The notes under the pieces: model-generated | The model's input: only the letters and a program-made list of their open reading frames with translations | Told to the model about the DNA's origin: nothing | The model's database searches: none | Translations under genes and position numbers: made by a program | From: Stylophora pistillata | Lineage: Eukaryota | Assembly: GCF_002571385.2 (NCBI RefSeq) | Contig: NW_019218054.1 | Location: 14,012 to 78,011 of the forward strand | Length of the DNA stretch: 64,000 nt | Reading direction: 5' to 3' | Shown here: positions 1 through 13,314 of the stretch, piece after piece | How positions within the stretch are numbered: position 1 is the stretch's first letter | Layout of the letters: the number at the start of each line of letters is the position of its first letter

Positions 1-1405
1 TTTTTTTCTCGAATCCGGATATTATTTCCGCCTGCAATCTTTTGAGTTTGCGGTGAAACCAAAATGGAGGATCCGGTGCTAACATTGCTGGCGGTCTCCG
101 GTTGTCAGCCGGCGGTTGCCTAATCTTGCTGCAGGTTCAGGCGATAAATTTTATCATGTGTACCGCGGTTTTTCTGAGGAAACGCAAGTTATTACTGCAA
201 GGAAGTTTAACGTCAGCCACACTTAATCGCCGACGACGTAGATGGCTTGGCTTCTGTCCAACTCAAATTTGCCTCGGTGGCATCTGGATCTATTCTAGCC
301 TTTTTTGGGTGAGGCATTTTCACTTTGTCGATCGAACGACGAAACAACACTCGGCTTGGTAACCATTCCATTTGGAATGTTCCCGGAGTTTTCATTGTGT
401 GTAAACGGTCAGGAATCCGAATATCCTTTCAGCGTAAACGCCTACGAATCCGAATACTCCAAAATTGATGAATCCAGAAAAATTGACGAATCCGGAAAAA
501 TCTCCTCTAGTGTAAACTTAGTCTGAATGTGTTAGAGTATGACGTGATCATCGAAACAGCTATTAAAATCCTAAATAACTATGGTAAGAGTGTTACGTTA
601 GATATTTTTTCGCAAATTGTAGTGATTTATGCTAGTAAACGGTGGCGACAAGTAGGCATCATGTATATTTCATAGTCGCTGGCAAGTAAATATTGCCCGT
701 CTTTGAGTTCGTCTCACGTTAGAAGAACACAAATACACAATACTGTAACTTTATAACCATCCTTTTGTATTTTTAAAGCTAAAAGCTCCGTAGATTCTGT
801 CATATCTGTCATTGTTAAAACTGTCATTGTTAAATATTTCTTTGTGAGCTTCAGTAATGACAAGGGATTACGTTTAGGTGATATAACAAAGGATTATGTT
901 GTCATAATTACCGGAGGTCAAGTATATTGATTACAAGCCCACAACTCTGGTAACATTCACGGTGAAAATTTGCATATTCAAGCAGTCGAACTAAAAACAT
1001 CATTTCTCGAAAACAAAAATACATTTTCACAAACAAGCTACATCATAATCATTAAGACATATTTGGCTACAAAATATGAAAGTAGGAGTGAAAGAAAATT
1101 TTGGGTGACTTGCAGCTGTTTTTCTGATGCTTGTTGACATTAGCTCTTAAGGTTACCGTGCACCTTCAGGGGTGTCTCGCGTGCAAGCGATGTAGCGCGT
1201 CCGGCTTAAACTGTAGATATCTAAACCCTATATCAAATTAAAGCTTAAAGGACTGGCTATCAGACTATACCAAAAATTTTGAAAAACAATGAATTGTCGA
1301 ATTTTTCACGACTTCTAAATGCGAGCGCCCGAATCACCTTATAAGAGCTACAAGCCAAAGGGAGTTTGTTCGATTGCTCTCAATTGACAGTAGCTAGTTT
1401 TACAG

Positions 1406-2076
1406 NNNNNNNNNNNNNNNNNNNNNNNNNNNNNNNNNNNNNNNNNNNNNNNNNNNNNNNNNNNNNNNNNNNNNNNNNNNNNNNNNNNNNNNNNNNNNNN
1501 NNNNNNNNNNNNNNNNNNNNNNNNNNNNNNNNNNNNNNNNNNNNNNNNNNNNNNNNNNNNNNNNNNNNNNNNNNNNNNNNNNNNNNNNNNNNNNNNNNNN
1601 NNNNNNNNNNNNNNNNNNNNNNNNNNNNNNNNNNNNNNNNNNNNNNNNNNNNNNNNNNNNNNNNNNNNNNNNNNNNNNNNNNNNNNNNNNNNNNNNNNNN
1701 NNNNNNNNNNNNNNNNNNNNNNNNNNNNNNNNNNNNNNNNNNNNNNNNNNNNNNNNNNNNNNNNNNNNNNNNNNNNNNNNNNNNNNNNNNNNNNNNNNNN
1801 NNNNNNNNNNNNNNNNNNNNNNNNNNNNNNNNNNNNNNNNNNNNNNNNNNNNNNNNNNNNNNNNNNNNNNNNNNNNNNNNNNNNNNNNNNNNNNNNNNNN
1901 NNNNNNNNNNNNNNNNNNNNNNNNNNNNNNNNNNNNNNNNNNNNNNNNNNNNNNNNNNNNNNNNNNNNNNNNNNNNNNNNNNNNNNNNNNNNNNNNNNNN
2001 NNNNNNNNNNNNNNNNNNNNNNNNNNNNNNNNNNNNNNNNNNNNNNNNNNNNNNNNNNNNNNNNNNNNNNNNNNNN
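1406..2076. other. Assembly gap
   Basis: Run of N. Confidence 1.
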
Positions 2077-2499
2077 ATGTTCAGAAGACCGACATATCTT
2101 TATGCGATTCAAAGGTAACAAAGACAGAAAAGATGCAAATAACCTTTTCCGTTGGTTGATTTTAAGTAGAACATTTTCCAAATATTATCGTATACGCAAC
2201 CCTTAGCAGGTTAAGAATTTTAGCTCATAGGTACCAAATTTACATAAAGTCTAACTTAGCCCAATGGCCACTCCTAGCGCTTTATTATGACTTTACAAAG
2301 TAACTGTATTTGCCGTGTCTCCAAACTTGAAGCGAGCAACGACGAAATACAAAGTTAGAGAAGCTTTCTTGATGTAAAATAACAACACAAGCCGATAGAT
2401 GCAAAAATCCATCGTGTCAAAAGGTTTTTCCAAGCATTTTTTTTATCAAAATCAACTCAATTTCATGTTATGCTTTTCTCCACACTCTCTCCAGGATAC

Positions 2500-2750
2500 C
2501 TTTGTTGCATGATAGAGGAAGTCCTGCCGTGTGACCAAATCGTCTGGATCTCTGACACAATCAGAATCACTCAGCTCGCACACGTGATCACCATCCTTGT
2601 TTGGACCAAAGTTGTATGATTCACACGTGGCTTTAATGAAACATTGTATTTCACAAATCTCTGCTGTCTTTACCCTCGGTATGCTGATCACCTGATTTAG
2701 GAGAGCCTTGTTTGCAACTGGCTCCTTAAACTCTTTTGTTATGCATGGAA
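2500..2750 (-). CDS. Internal exon encoding a PAN/apple-like Cys domain (partial gene; other exons not identified, possibly in the gap or outside the window)
   Basis: Translates to VPCITKEF...CEIQCFIKATCESYNFGP...CELSDSD...FLYHATK, the same C-x3-C-x5-C-x-SYNF...C-x-LSDSD pattern as exon 1 of the FReD gene at 9458-9781. Donor AAG|GTATCC at 2500; candidate acceptor TAG at 2751-2753. Confidence 0.7.
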
Positions 2751-4334
2751 CTATTTGAATATTCACAACACCGAACAACTACATAATTAAAGATATATTT
2801 AACTAAAAACATCAAATTATGAATTATTAGGTACTAAAAACTGCGCAGATAAAATAAAGCCATATTCTTAACGCAGATCAAGCGAACTTCATGGGCAAAA
2901 GATTGATATGCATAGTGCAGCTTTGTACATATTCAAAAGAGTTTTAAATTGCATCAGGGATTATGAAATATTATCGAGCGCTTTCTTATAGCAAAATGCT
3001 TTAAGTTGTTTCTTAAAGGAAAGTAAGCTGCTATAGTCTCTGATTAATGAGGACAACGAGTTTCATAAGGCATAGGAAGCATGCCGGAGAAGAGCATTTG
3101 ACCCGTGGAACGAACAGAAGAGGTTGTGCTGAGAAACGAAGAGCAGGATTAGAAGCAGGTTTTAAGAGAAAAAAAATCATTAATGTGGGGCAGACTTGGA
3201 TTGTTAAACACATAAAAAAAAAAACAATTGTATTTAAATGAACTCTAAATGGTATATATAGGAAGCCAGTATAAGTCGATGAGAGCCGGTTGATGTGGTC
3301 AAATTCCGTAATCTGGAAAATCATTCATATATGGTTTCTTTAAAAATAAAAAGGCTTCACTTCATGACAGCGAGCAAATTGCGAAACGAGAAGACTGAAA
3401 AGCTCATAATGTCAGCTTCTTGACGTCTGGTGTAAGATTTCGTGAGGTAGTCTAAAAATTACATGTGGCAAAAAAAAGGCTGGACAGAACATGGAGCAAC
3501 AAGCCTTAACCTTTAGTTATTCAAATGAAAATATAACTAATTGAGGTGAAGGTTAAGTTTTCAAACCGAGTGTTTATTTGTATTGATAAGAAAATGATAC
3601 GTATCATCAGAGCCGTTAGAGATAGATGTTAAAGTTAAAACAGGCGACTAAAGACCTTATTCTTGGTAGAAATGGCTAAAGGAAAAGCTGCCATCCGGTT
3701 ACATGGAACTCGGAAACCAAAATCTATACTATTCTCTTCGATTGATAAGATGTTTTCGTGGACAGAATTTGACTCTGGAAGTAAATTATTCTAGTTGTGT
3801 AGGAATAACAAATCAGAATTCCCCTACCTTTTTCTGACAGGTCATTCCACGACAGCCTTCCCAAAACCACGGAAAGAAACGCTAAACATGACTGAGAACC
3901 ATTCATGAGATCCAGTAACCAAACGATACCTTCCCTTTGCGGCTTTACAGGTTCAATGATGTTTCTTTCTCTGCCGATAGGCTTTATATGATGATTAATC
4001 GACAGCGTTTGTCTTTGATATGACTGGCGGGTATATTAACACAGAATGTTTAGATTACAGTTGATTTCTCTTTTGTGTCAACAAACATAATTATGCCAAT
4101 TGATATTTGATCAGAGGACTTCTACGCCCCAATGGCAAACTTTACTCCGATACTGGGTCTCTGAAAAACCCTGGAGGTTTTCACCTTTTGTTGAGAGATG
4201 TGCATTCATTCACATCCATAACCAAATTAATACATATCTTTTAATGAAGTCTTTTCAAGAAAACTGCATTAAGCTTTAACGGGTGTCCCGTCTAAACTAT
4301 GAATCCCTCTTGCATAATATGTATCTTTAGACTT

Positions 4335-4620
4335 ATTTCTTGTTTTGCAGCTTTGTGTACGGCCTTAGCCGTATCTCAGAGCCAGACTTTAAGGCCTTCG
4401 ATTTTGCTGACAATGTGGATGGGCGAAAGTTAAACGGGAGCTGATAAAAGAAATGGAGTTAGGAAATTTGTTGTCAGTCCGAGTGCGTGGGTGCAGAGTG
4501 GTGGGTGCAGAGCTTGAGTACAGAGCGGTGTCAGTCTTACAACTTTAAAACCTTGAAGGGCAACTCAGGGAACTTCAAGTGTCAACTGAGTGACTGATTG
4601 ATTAGCTGGATTTGTTAACT
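4335..4620 (+). pseudogene. Degraded PAN/apple-like exon copy
   Basis: Frame-shifted pieces read DFKAFDFADNVDGRKLNGS / LIKEME / CQSECVGAE / RCQSYNFKTLKGNSGNFKCQLSD*, aligning to DLHALNFAAEIIGHKLIGRVIAETE...CQLKCVAKSRCLSYNFGSAEDGKRFKCQLSDSD of the 9.6-kb gene. Contains frameshifts, a small duplication (gtgggtgcagag x2) and a stop. Confidence 0.75.
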
Positions 4621-4879
4621 CCGGTTAGGATTTAGAGTTTTACTTAAATGAATGCTGAAAACAATAAAAATTTAAGACTCGTTCTCCATCTAAATAGTTT
4701 TAGGGATACTTATAATGCTTCGGTTTTGCAAAATCATGCTCAAAAGATGAGGGAAAATATCGTTTTAAAATGAAAGTTCCAGTTGACAGGTAATGTGACA
4801 GTATTCAGATAGCTCTATCAATAATATTTTCAAAACGATTACAAATGGCAATTTGCTACTTTACTCATTAAATATATAT

Positions 4880-5040
4880 GCGTTATTAACCAAGCGTGTG
4901 GTCGAGATGACTGAATATCGGCTGAGTTCTATTTTTGCATTTTTATGAACCGAGACGAAGTCGAGGTCCATCAAAATGCGAAAAAGAACGAGGCTAATAT
5001 CCAGACATCTTAACCGAAAAAGCTTGGTTGATAAAGTGTT
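4880..5040. repeat. Imperfect palindromic dispersed repeat (MITE-like)
   Basis: The gttattaaccaagc...gaacc arm is the approximate reverse complement of the ggtcc...gcttggttgataaag arm. A related partial copy lies at about 48665-48740. Confidence 0.55.
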
Positions 5041-6733
5041 TATTATAATTCAAAAAGATTTTGCTTTATTAAGAATTGAGGATGACTTTTTTATTCTTCG
5101 AGAGCCAAACTGTGTTTGTAGCACAACAAACTCACAAGAGTCGTTTCTATTTTCTTCGTTTTGACTATCTTCTGCCGCTTTTTGCGTTTCCATCGCCGAA
5201 ATTGTCCAAGAATTACGAACTTCGTTCTAATTCTATTCTATTCATGCGCGGGATCAATGTGGGCAATCCCGAGCGGGCAAGACGGACCCTTCTTGCTCGC
5301 TTGAGTAGCCAATCATACTCGCTTCATCTTGCCCACGAGTGCTGCGAGCGATGTAATAAACACAAATATTTTAACCTAATCTAGGATATTTAAAACACCA
5401 CAAAATTTAAGAATTCTTCCCCCAATGGGTAATGTTATGGAATGTTATAATGTTCCGGTTTTCCAAAGGGGCTCCAGAGGGTTTTTGATCGCGCGAGATC
5501 TGGATGTAAACATGGCGCGAGCTTTAAAAATGTCTACAAGTAAAACAAACATGGCAGCTCGATACGATTGTTATCTTAAAAGGTATGCTAAAACGTTATA
5601 AGACAATGCACGTTTTATTAAATGGACTCTAATGCCTCTAGAAACTATACCTATGACATCCAGAAGCCTTCTACAACTACAAAAAAAAAGTCGACAGAAA
5701 AGAAAACACCAGGGGAAAGATTGCACAAAGGTGACAGATTTGAACGTTTACGCATAATTAGATATCGATCTCGGCGAAGCGCTATTTTACGACGTAATGC
5801 TTTCGGAGTTATAGATTCATGTTCGTGATATTTCAAAACTCCTCAAATATAGCTCGCAGCTTTGCGGCTCGTGATATTTTGGGGAATTTTGAAACATCAC
5901 TCGCATTTAATACCAAACTGCTCACACTGCCACGCTATTTCCATTACTAATACTCTTGGAAACCACCGTGAGATAAAGGGACCAGCTGATGAGGAATGCG
6001 ACTGAGTGTAGACAGCTGTCATGCTTTCAATATACTTTAGAAATGCGTCTTTAACTTTGGCAAGCCGCTAGTTTACTGAGTAAATGTAAAAAAAAACTTT
6101 TGAACAGGTTAAGAATACTAAAAATGGTAGTACAATAGAAGTAACCAATCAATAAGGTATACCAATACCTCCCTTATTGTAGTTTTCCTTCATTCCTTCA
6201 TATTGACGAGCAATTTCTAGACGGCTTGCCAATCGCTGCAATAGTTAAAATTTAATGGAGCTTTGAAAATCCACAGGTGATGCATCATATTCTATTATAT
6301 AAGAGATCCTGTTGGTTGCAAGAAGTGATCATCTCAATGCACACCTCGGATCTTTCTCGTCGTGACATGACTTAAGGACCATATTGAAATACAATTGGAC
6401 ATTTTTAGGCGACATGCATGCTTCAGGCTCAGATTATAGTTTGAGTGTTTTGCAAAATCAAGGACCAATGCTATTGATATAATAGCTATTTCATTTACGT
6501 CTTTTACAAAATGGATCAAACGTTGTCGTTGATGGCTTTTTCTATCAAAAATGGCTTTTCATGATTCAGGCTCTCGAACTATAACCATGGAGCGAGCCAT
6601 TTTGCACTGAAAGGTCGTTTTGCTGATTTTAAGCCCTGAAATCGCGTATCCCCTGAAACGAATCTTGCACCCAGTTTCAACAAAAATGACTGTCTCAGTA
6701 CAAAGACTGTAGGACTGTAGGAAGACTGCGCAA

Positions 6734-9700
6734 CTAGTTTTCCATAATACGGGGTCGAAACTTCATCTCCGTGCGCTTAAGTGAGTATTGAAATCCTCTG
6801 AATTTTACCCAGCAAACACCATCGGCCTTTGAGCTATATGGCCCACTGTGATAGATACCGTTGAGATTTGAGCGATGGCAATTTTTGTACCACCAAGCAC
6901 CTTTGAACCTCGAAGCACAATGATCCCTGGAATGTTTGTCGTTTTCACTATCTTTTGTCGAAAACTGCATATCACTAGAAACATGATGAGAGTAAGAAAA
7001 CATTCACAACCATGAATCTCAGTTATGGGTTAGGGTTATCCCATGAATCTTATGGGTCACTCCAAGTAGCATTACCAGCAGCAATACCACCTCCTCCCAT
7101 TTAGCAAGGTTGGTTTCACTGGACCTCGTGTGCGTTTACAAGAGAGAAACACTATAAGGAAACTAAGGACAAGGGTTAGCCGTAATTAGAAAAATAATAT
7201 ATTTGAAGTCGATAATGTAGGAAATGGTTGCCCAGTCTTTCGAGCCAGCGGCTCATATCAAAAACACTCGACTTTAGGTCGAATTCGAATTTGTAATGTT
7301 TGTTTTTGCGGAGGGAGGAAAACCGGAGGACCTGGAGAAAAAAGCTCTGAGCAAGGACGAGAACCAACAACAAACTCATTCCACATGTGACGCCAGTTCG
7401 GGAATTCAACGCGGGTCACAGTAGTGAGAGGTGAGGGCTCTCACCACTGCGCCATCCCTGCTCCCCGAAAGTTAAAAGTATAACGAGAATCATCCTATTC
7501 CAATACTCCCTGTATTCAACGTTTCCCCTTTTTTCATCAGATGTTTTTTTTCCTCACCCCAGAACTTACAGAGCAGAATATTTGTGCAGTTTAAGTACCT
7601 ATCACTGACAGGCTCAGTCAGTTCAGCAAGTTCATATTCCATGGCATTTTATTGTCCACAATTCATTTACCTTAGCGAAAAGTCACCTGCCATAGAATCG
7701 CCAGCCGTGCCATTGTATCCTCCGATCAAAAGCCGGTACTTATCTGCCTCGTCTGCCACCTTAAAAGTCGTGTACTCCGCGTAGACGACGTTGCCATCAA
7801 AGTCTTCCAAGTCAACTCTTAACTTGACGTCATCAGCGGCTGTCAAACGGTGAAGATTGTCGTTTCCAAGCCAGAACTCGCCGCTCAAATTTCCAAACCC
7901 GTTTTTGTAGGATTCCCATCCAAGAAAGAAGTCAACAGAGCCGTCCAAACGTCTTTGAAAAACGGTCCAACCTCCACCGTCCGTTTTCATGTCACACAAC
8001 ACTTGGATTGGACTGTTGCCATCAGGATTGATGGTGTATAAGCCACTGGAATTCCAACCGGATTGAAGCAGTTCGGCACAGCTTTCTGCCGGCTTTATAG
8101 CTATGGAATGGTATAAAAACAAACAAGAAAACAAACAAACAAGAAAAATACATACGAACAAGCATACATACAAACTAGCATAGAAAAAAAAAATTGTCAA
8201 GTGACACGCACCGTACCGTAGGCGGTAAACGTTTGCCGAGTAGTAGGGCACATTACTCATGAACACAACCAGAGAATATGAATTGAGAGAACTTATAATT
8301 ATTCGCCATACGTACCATTCTTGAAAGAAATTTGTTTTCGTTTTAAATTTTAGTGCGGGTTCCTGCGATGCCATTATTTTGAGAACAACAGCTGATGGGA
8401 GGCCGAGAAATAAGAGCATTTTCCCAGCGTGGCGTAAAATTTGAAATAGATTTTTAAAAAAAATTACCATGGGTCACGGGGATACGTCTCTCAGTTTATG
8501 ATTTCTTATTAGTACATAAAACTTATAATGGTTGTTCTAAAGATTATCGTGAGGATCGAAGTTTCTTTCAAATGCTTACAAAGTAAATCGAGACTTGTGT
8601 CTTGCACCTGCTCCTGGTTGCAGCTATAGCTGCCAAGTTGGGCTGAAATTCAGCAGGGGGGGGGGGTCGTAAGAGTTATCCTTACTTTAGAAGAAATAGG
8701 TTCAACATTTGTCTGAGCCACTTTCCGATTTCTCGGATTGTGTTTGTGTCATTGCTAAAAATATTCCATCATTCCCCTCAATGTTTTAATAGAAGTTAGG
8801 CCAAACCATAATTATAAATATAACAGCTGCAACACGTACCGCAAGTTGGGCCTCTGTAGCCATCCTTACATTTGCATCTTACGCTGCCATCTTGATAGTT
8901 GGGGATGCAGATTCCTTTTTCGCCGCAAATGGAACCACCATTCTCACAAGGACTCTGTGTTTGAAAGATGCCAAATTTAATGTAAGTGCTAACTGTTTAC
9001 AGCTATTGCACTCAGCATGCATCGGAAAAATTTCTCGTGCTAGAGGACAACGATCAGATTTTGCATAACTTGGGCTTTTTCAACTAATGTGATTGGGTCA
9101 ACTTAATCGAGACTCGGTATAGCCACTTCACATTATCAACTCAGTTAATGAAACTAAATCATCCTGCAATAACCCACCGACGCAGAACCATAGTTTCCTT
9201 GGAAACGTATCCGCTTTAACAATTATTCATGCGGCTCTGTAAATTAAATTGTTAGAATTTCATAACGAACGGCCATGAAATTTTTTATCTCTAGATAGTT
9301 TGTCATCGTTATGTTTATGTCTTTTAATGAAAGCTGGGTGGCAAACTAATAAATTGGTTAAGTGTACATTGAATCAGAGAAGAAGTTTTACGAAAACAGT
9401 AATAATGATGAGTTTTCGAACTTGTCTTTTTCTACGTTGTGCCCAGTTACGCAATACCTGTATTCCCCTGTAAGAAAATTTGTCCTCTTGAGTGAAATTA
9501 TCTGCTGCAGCAAATCGATCGGAGTCGCTTAGCTGACATTTGAATCTTTTCCCGTCTTCCGCCGATCCAAAGTTGTAAGAAAGGCAACGGCTTTTAGCCA
9601 CACATTTCAGCTGGCATGCATCTTCTGAATCCTCTTCTGTCTCCGCAATAACCCTCCCAATAAGTTTATGTCCAATGATCTCTGCTGCAAAGTTTAAGGC

Positions 9701-9781
9701 ATGTAAATCATTTGTATTTACCCGACCAAGTCCTAATACCATCGTCGCTGGCAAACAGACTGAGAGCCAGAAGAAGAACAT
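6734..9781 (-). CDS. Secreted PAN-EGF-fibrinogen C-terminal (FReD; ficolin/MFAP4/ryncolin-like) protein, about 369 aa, 4 coding exons
   Basis: Exons 9781-9458 (hydrophobic signal MFFFWLSVCLPATMVLG plus PAN), 8954-8840 (EGF: SPCENGGSICGEKGICIPNYQDGSVRCKCKDGYRGPTC), 8100-7671 (CDMKTDGGGWTVFQRRLDGSVDF...EFWLGNDNLH) and 6974-6734 (FSTKD...GAWWYKNCHRSNLNG...TEMKFRP). All introns GT-AG; phases 0/1/2 are consistent; total 1110 nt. Confidence 0.92.
7205..7466 (-). mobile_element. tRNA-derived SINE in the last intron of the FReD gene
   Basis: Minus strand begins GGGGAGCAGGGATGGCGCAGTGGTGAGAG (A-box) followed by GTTGAATTCCC (B-box-like), then a body and an AT-rich tail. Confidence 0.75.
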
Positions 9782-10767
9782 GTCGAGTGTTCGTTGAGTT
9801 GGATGTTGATATAAAGTTCGACTTATGCACTGTGAATCTTACGCTTCGATTCCAAGTTGACTTACATGATTTATTCATTGTTATGCTTTCAATAACAGCA
9901 GGGTCATCAGTCATATACATATATTTATATTAAAAAACTATTCATTTCTCATCAACCTACAACAGTGTTTAAAGGTTTCTCAGAACTTTAATATAAGCGT
10001 GCTCTGTAAACGCGCCCTCCTGAAGACAACTGAAACAAATGCATTTAAAAAGAGGTGTGATTTTTACAAGATCTCTTTTCAAAATGCTCCTTTCATATTT
10101 AAAATGTCCAAAAGTTGTGAAGTGGTCACAAATTGAACTTGACAAGATGCTGATAAATTTTTGTGTGTGACTTCTGGAATCCTTCATCAGTTTAATAGTC
10201 TCAAACTAATAGAGTTGGCAAACTAAAGAACTCTTCATCCGGTCTTAAACTTAAACATAATAGATTGAGGATAGAAAGAGAAGTACTCATAATTGTAAAA
10301 TGAAATTCTGCAGTTCTTTCCATTCATCTAAAATTCTGGTCTTCATTTTTAGTCGTGGGTAGGCGAAGCGTACAAACGACTATTAGAATGAGGCGGAATA
10401 TGCAAATGTATCACTCACTCAGATGTAAACAAATCGGAAATTATACAGGACGCCTCTATCACATTTCCGAAGTAATGCTACGACGTTGAAATTTAACTCG
10501 ACCTTTCTTCGAAGGAATTTCGATTTTAATTAAAATACTCGTCGCAGTTAGCACACGTGTAGCCGAGTCAAAGCTCTTTGAAATACTAAAGGTGTAACTA
10601 TGAGGAGGGGGGCTTAGGGATTTTCGGTTATGCGGTTTTGACTGTCTTTTGGATCGGTTTTTCGGTTTTTGGGCCAAAAAGGTTTGGTTTTTCGGTTTTG
10701 ATGTTCAGAGCGGTTTGCGGATTTTATGTGTTTTTGCATTCGGTTTTCGGTGGCATTGGTTAAAATC

Positions 10768-10912
10768 TGGACTGGACTCTGGACTGGACTCTGGACTGGA
10801 CTGGACTCTGGACTCTGGACACTGGACACTGGACACTGGACACTAAACACTGGACTCTGGACTCTGGACTCTGGACTCTGGACTCTGGACCCTGGACCCT
10901 GGACTCTGGACT
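10768..10912 (+). repeat. (CTGGA/CTCTGGA/CTGGACA)n subterminal minisatellite
   Basis: Direct tandem 5-7 bp units. The preceding ggcattggttaaaatctggactggact resembles the reverse complement of agtccagtccatattttaccctatgcc at about 13800-13826. Confidence 0.85.
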
Positions 10913-11365
10913 CTAATTTTACTTTTACTGTTAATCTATGCATGCAGTTTTACCAGCGGTTTTACTAGCTTAAAAAACTGATAAATTTGTCACTGCTTGT
11001 GAAAACTCGATGAAACAATTCCGGTTACCGTAAGTACTCGAAGTGCTGGAAAAAAGATGAGTTTCGGTACTCGTTACTATATACGAGATGTATACGGTCT
11101 ACACGGTTTTTTTTTAATGAAATGTGACATTGTTAAATGGTATAAATGGCAATGTCCTTTCAAAGTCGCACAGGTTTGCTTTTCATTTCCTTGATAGAAA
11201 TATCTATGTGAGCACATAGCTCATTTCGATTTCGCAAAAAGTAGTTTTCTACAAGGTTTTGAATTTAAGGTTAAAAACGTGAGCCCCAAAAACACCTTAA
11301 AAAACCACTTTCTAGCAGAGAATGTTATCATATCCTGTGCGAAAATACTTGCGGGTGTTTTGTTG

Positions 11366-11552
11366 NNNNNNNNNNNNNNNNNNNNNNNNNNNNNNNNNNN
11401 NNNNNNNNNNNNNNNNNNNNNNNNNNNNNNNNNNNNNNNNNNNNNNNNNNNNNNNNNNNNNNNNNNNNNNNNNNNNNNNNNNNNNNNNNNNNNNNNNNNN
11501 NNNNNNNNNNNNNNNNNNNNNNNNNNNNNNNNNNNNNNNNNNNNNNNNNNNN
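11366..11552. other. Assembly gap
   Basis: Run of N. Confidence 1.
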
Positions 11553-11710
11553 CTTTTTGACCCTTTAAAGGTGAAAATGTAGCGGTTTTGTCAGGTTTGC
11601 ATGCGGTTTTCTGTTTTGCTGCCTTCTTTCGTCGATTTTTCGGTTTTGGAGGTTTTATTCCCCGGTTTTGCGGTTTCCCAGAGGCCCCTATACCCCCCTC
11701 TATGAGTGAA

Positions 11711-12038
11711 GACGCTTAATGCAATCGCTTTTCCGTGATCGTCTTTCGCTATCATTTACATTATTGTGGAATATTCCTCGCCGTTCCCGGGTGTATTTTG
11801 CTTTTAACAAAGCGTCCAAGCCACAATCGTTCATAAATACAATTTTAATCCTTCATTCTACTCACTGCGAGCCAAACACGCTTAATGCAATCGCTTTTCT
11901 GCGATCGTATTTCACCATCATTTGCATTATTGTGGAATATTCCTCGCCGTTCCGGCGTATATTTTGTTTTTGACAAAGCGTACAGGCTACAATCGTTCTT
12001 AAATACAATTTCAAGCCTACATTCTTCTCACTGCGAGC
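11711..12038 (+). repeat. Tandem duplication, about 166-bp unit x2
   Basis: gcttaatgcaatcgctttt...ctcactgcgagcc occurs twice, diverged. Confidence 0.85.
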
Positions 12039-12349
12039 CGTCAGTATTTATATCGTTAAATATCGCTGAAATGAGTGACCAGCGAATTTTTATAGGTGAA
12101 AGCGAAGCGTTGTTTTCGTGACTGGGCGATGGTTTTACCTCTCATCTGTTTGGTGACTACGCAAACATTAATTTGTGAAAATCATTGTGAACACCCCTAA
12201 ACGTTAAAAATAGATCAATTCGAAGGAAAAGTTTTGGTCTAAGTCCACATTTTTGTGGACAAAATGAAAATATACACATATCGGTTTAAAAGGTGAAGAG
12301 TTCGTACCACATACAAAAGCTGTCTTTTTTTTCAATACTGACATCTCGC

Positions 12350-13314
12350 NNNNNNNNNNNNNNNNNNNNNNNNNNNNNNNNNNNNNNNNNNNNNNNNNNN
12401 NNNNNNNNNNNNNNNNNNNNNNNNNNNNNNNNNNNNNNNNNNNNNNNNNNNNNNNNNNNNNNNNNNNNNNNNNNNNNNNNNNNNNNNNNNNNNNNNNNNN
12501 NNNNNNNNNNNNNNNNNNNNNNNNNNNNNNNNNNNNNNNNNNNNNNNNNNNNNNNNNNNNNNNNNNNNNNNNNNNNNNNNNNNNNNNNNNNNNNNNNNNN
12601 NNNNNNNNNNNNNNNNNNNNNNNNNNNNNNNNNNNNNNNNNNNNNNNNNNNNNNNNNNNNNNNNNNNNNNNNNNNNNNNNNNNNNNNNNNNNNNNNNNNN
12701 NNNNNNNNNNNNNNNNNNNNNNNNNNNNNNNNNNNNNNNNNNNNNNNNNNNNNNNNNNNNNNNNNNNNNNNNNNNNNNNNNNNNNNNNNNNNNNNNNNNN
12801 NNNNNNNNNNNNNNNNNNNNNNNNNNNNNNNNNNNNNNNNNNNNNNNNNNNNNNNNNNNNNNNNNNNNNNNNNNNNNNNNNNNNNNNNNNNNNNNNNNNN
12901 NNNNNNNNNNNNNNNNNNNNNNNNNNNNNNNNNNNNNNNNNNNNNNNNNNNNNNNNNNNNNNNNNNNNNNNNNNNNNNNNNNNNNNNNNNNNNNNNNNNN
13001 NNNNNNNNNNNNNNNNNNNNNNNNNNNNNNNNNNNNNNNNNNNNNNNNNNNNNNNNNNNNNNNNNNNNNNNNNNNNNNNNNNNNNNNNNNNNNNNNNNNN
13101 NNNNNNNNNNNNNNNNNNNNNNNNNNNNNNNNNNNNNNNNNNNNNNNNNNNNNNNNNNNNNNNNNNNNNNNNNNNNNNNNNNNNNNNNNNNNNNNNNNNN
13201 NNNNNNNNNNNNNNNNNNNNNNNNNNNNNNNNNNNNNNNNNNNNNNNNNNNNNNNNNNNNNNNNNNNNNNNNNNNNNNNNNNNNNNNNNNNNNNNNNNNN
13301 NNNNNNNNNNNNNN
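12350..13314. other. Assembly gap
   Basis: Run of N. Confidence 1.

Larger units (their letters stand above)
10605..11700. mobile_element. MITE-like element with (cggtttt)-rich body, interrupted by a nested insertion and an assembly gap
   Basis: Short termini gagggggg (about 10605) and cccccctc (about 11700); cggtttt repeats on both sides of the insertion that starts at about 10752. Confidence 0.5.

Noticed and set aside
1-525. Probable right end of a non-autonomous DNA transposon (gaatccg repeats, tgtaaac motifs)
   Set aside because: The partner terminus is outside the window, so TIR and TSD cannot be verified.
1348-2181. Long ORFs through N runs (also 11279-11582 and 12204-13410)
   Set aside because: Artefacts of assembly gaps.
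7687-7687. Alternative donor for FReD exon 3 (GCAG|GTGACT)
   Set aside because: Phase 1 does not fit the phase-2 last exon; the donor at 7671 does.
10614-10968. Repetitive ORFs (SPESRVQ / WTLDSGL)
   Set aside because: Translations of the CTGGA minisatellite.
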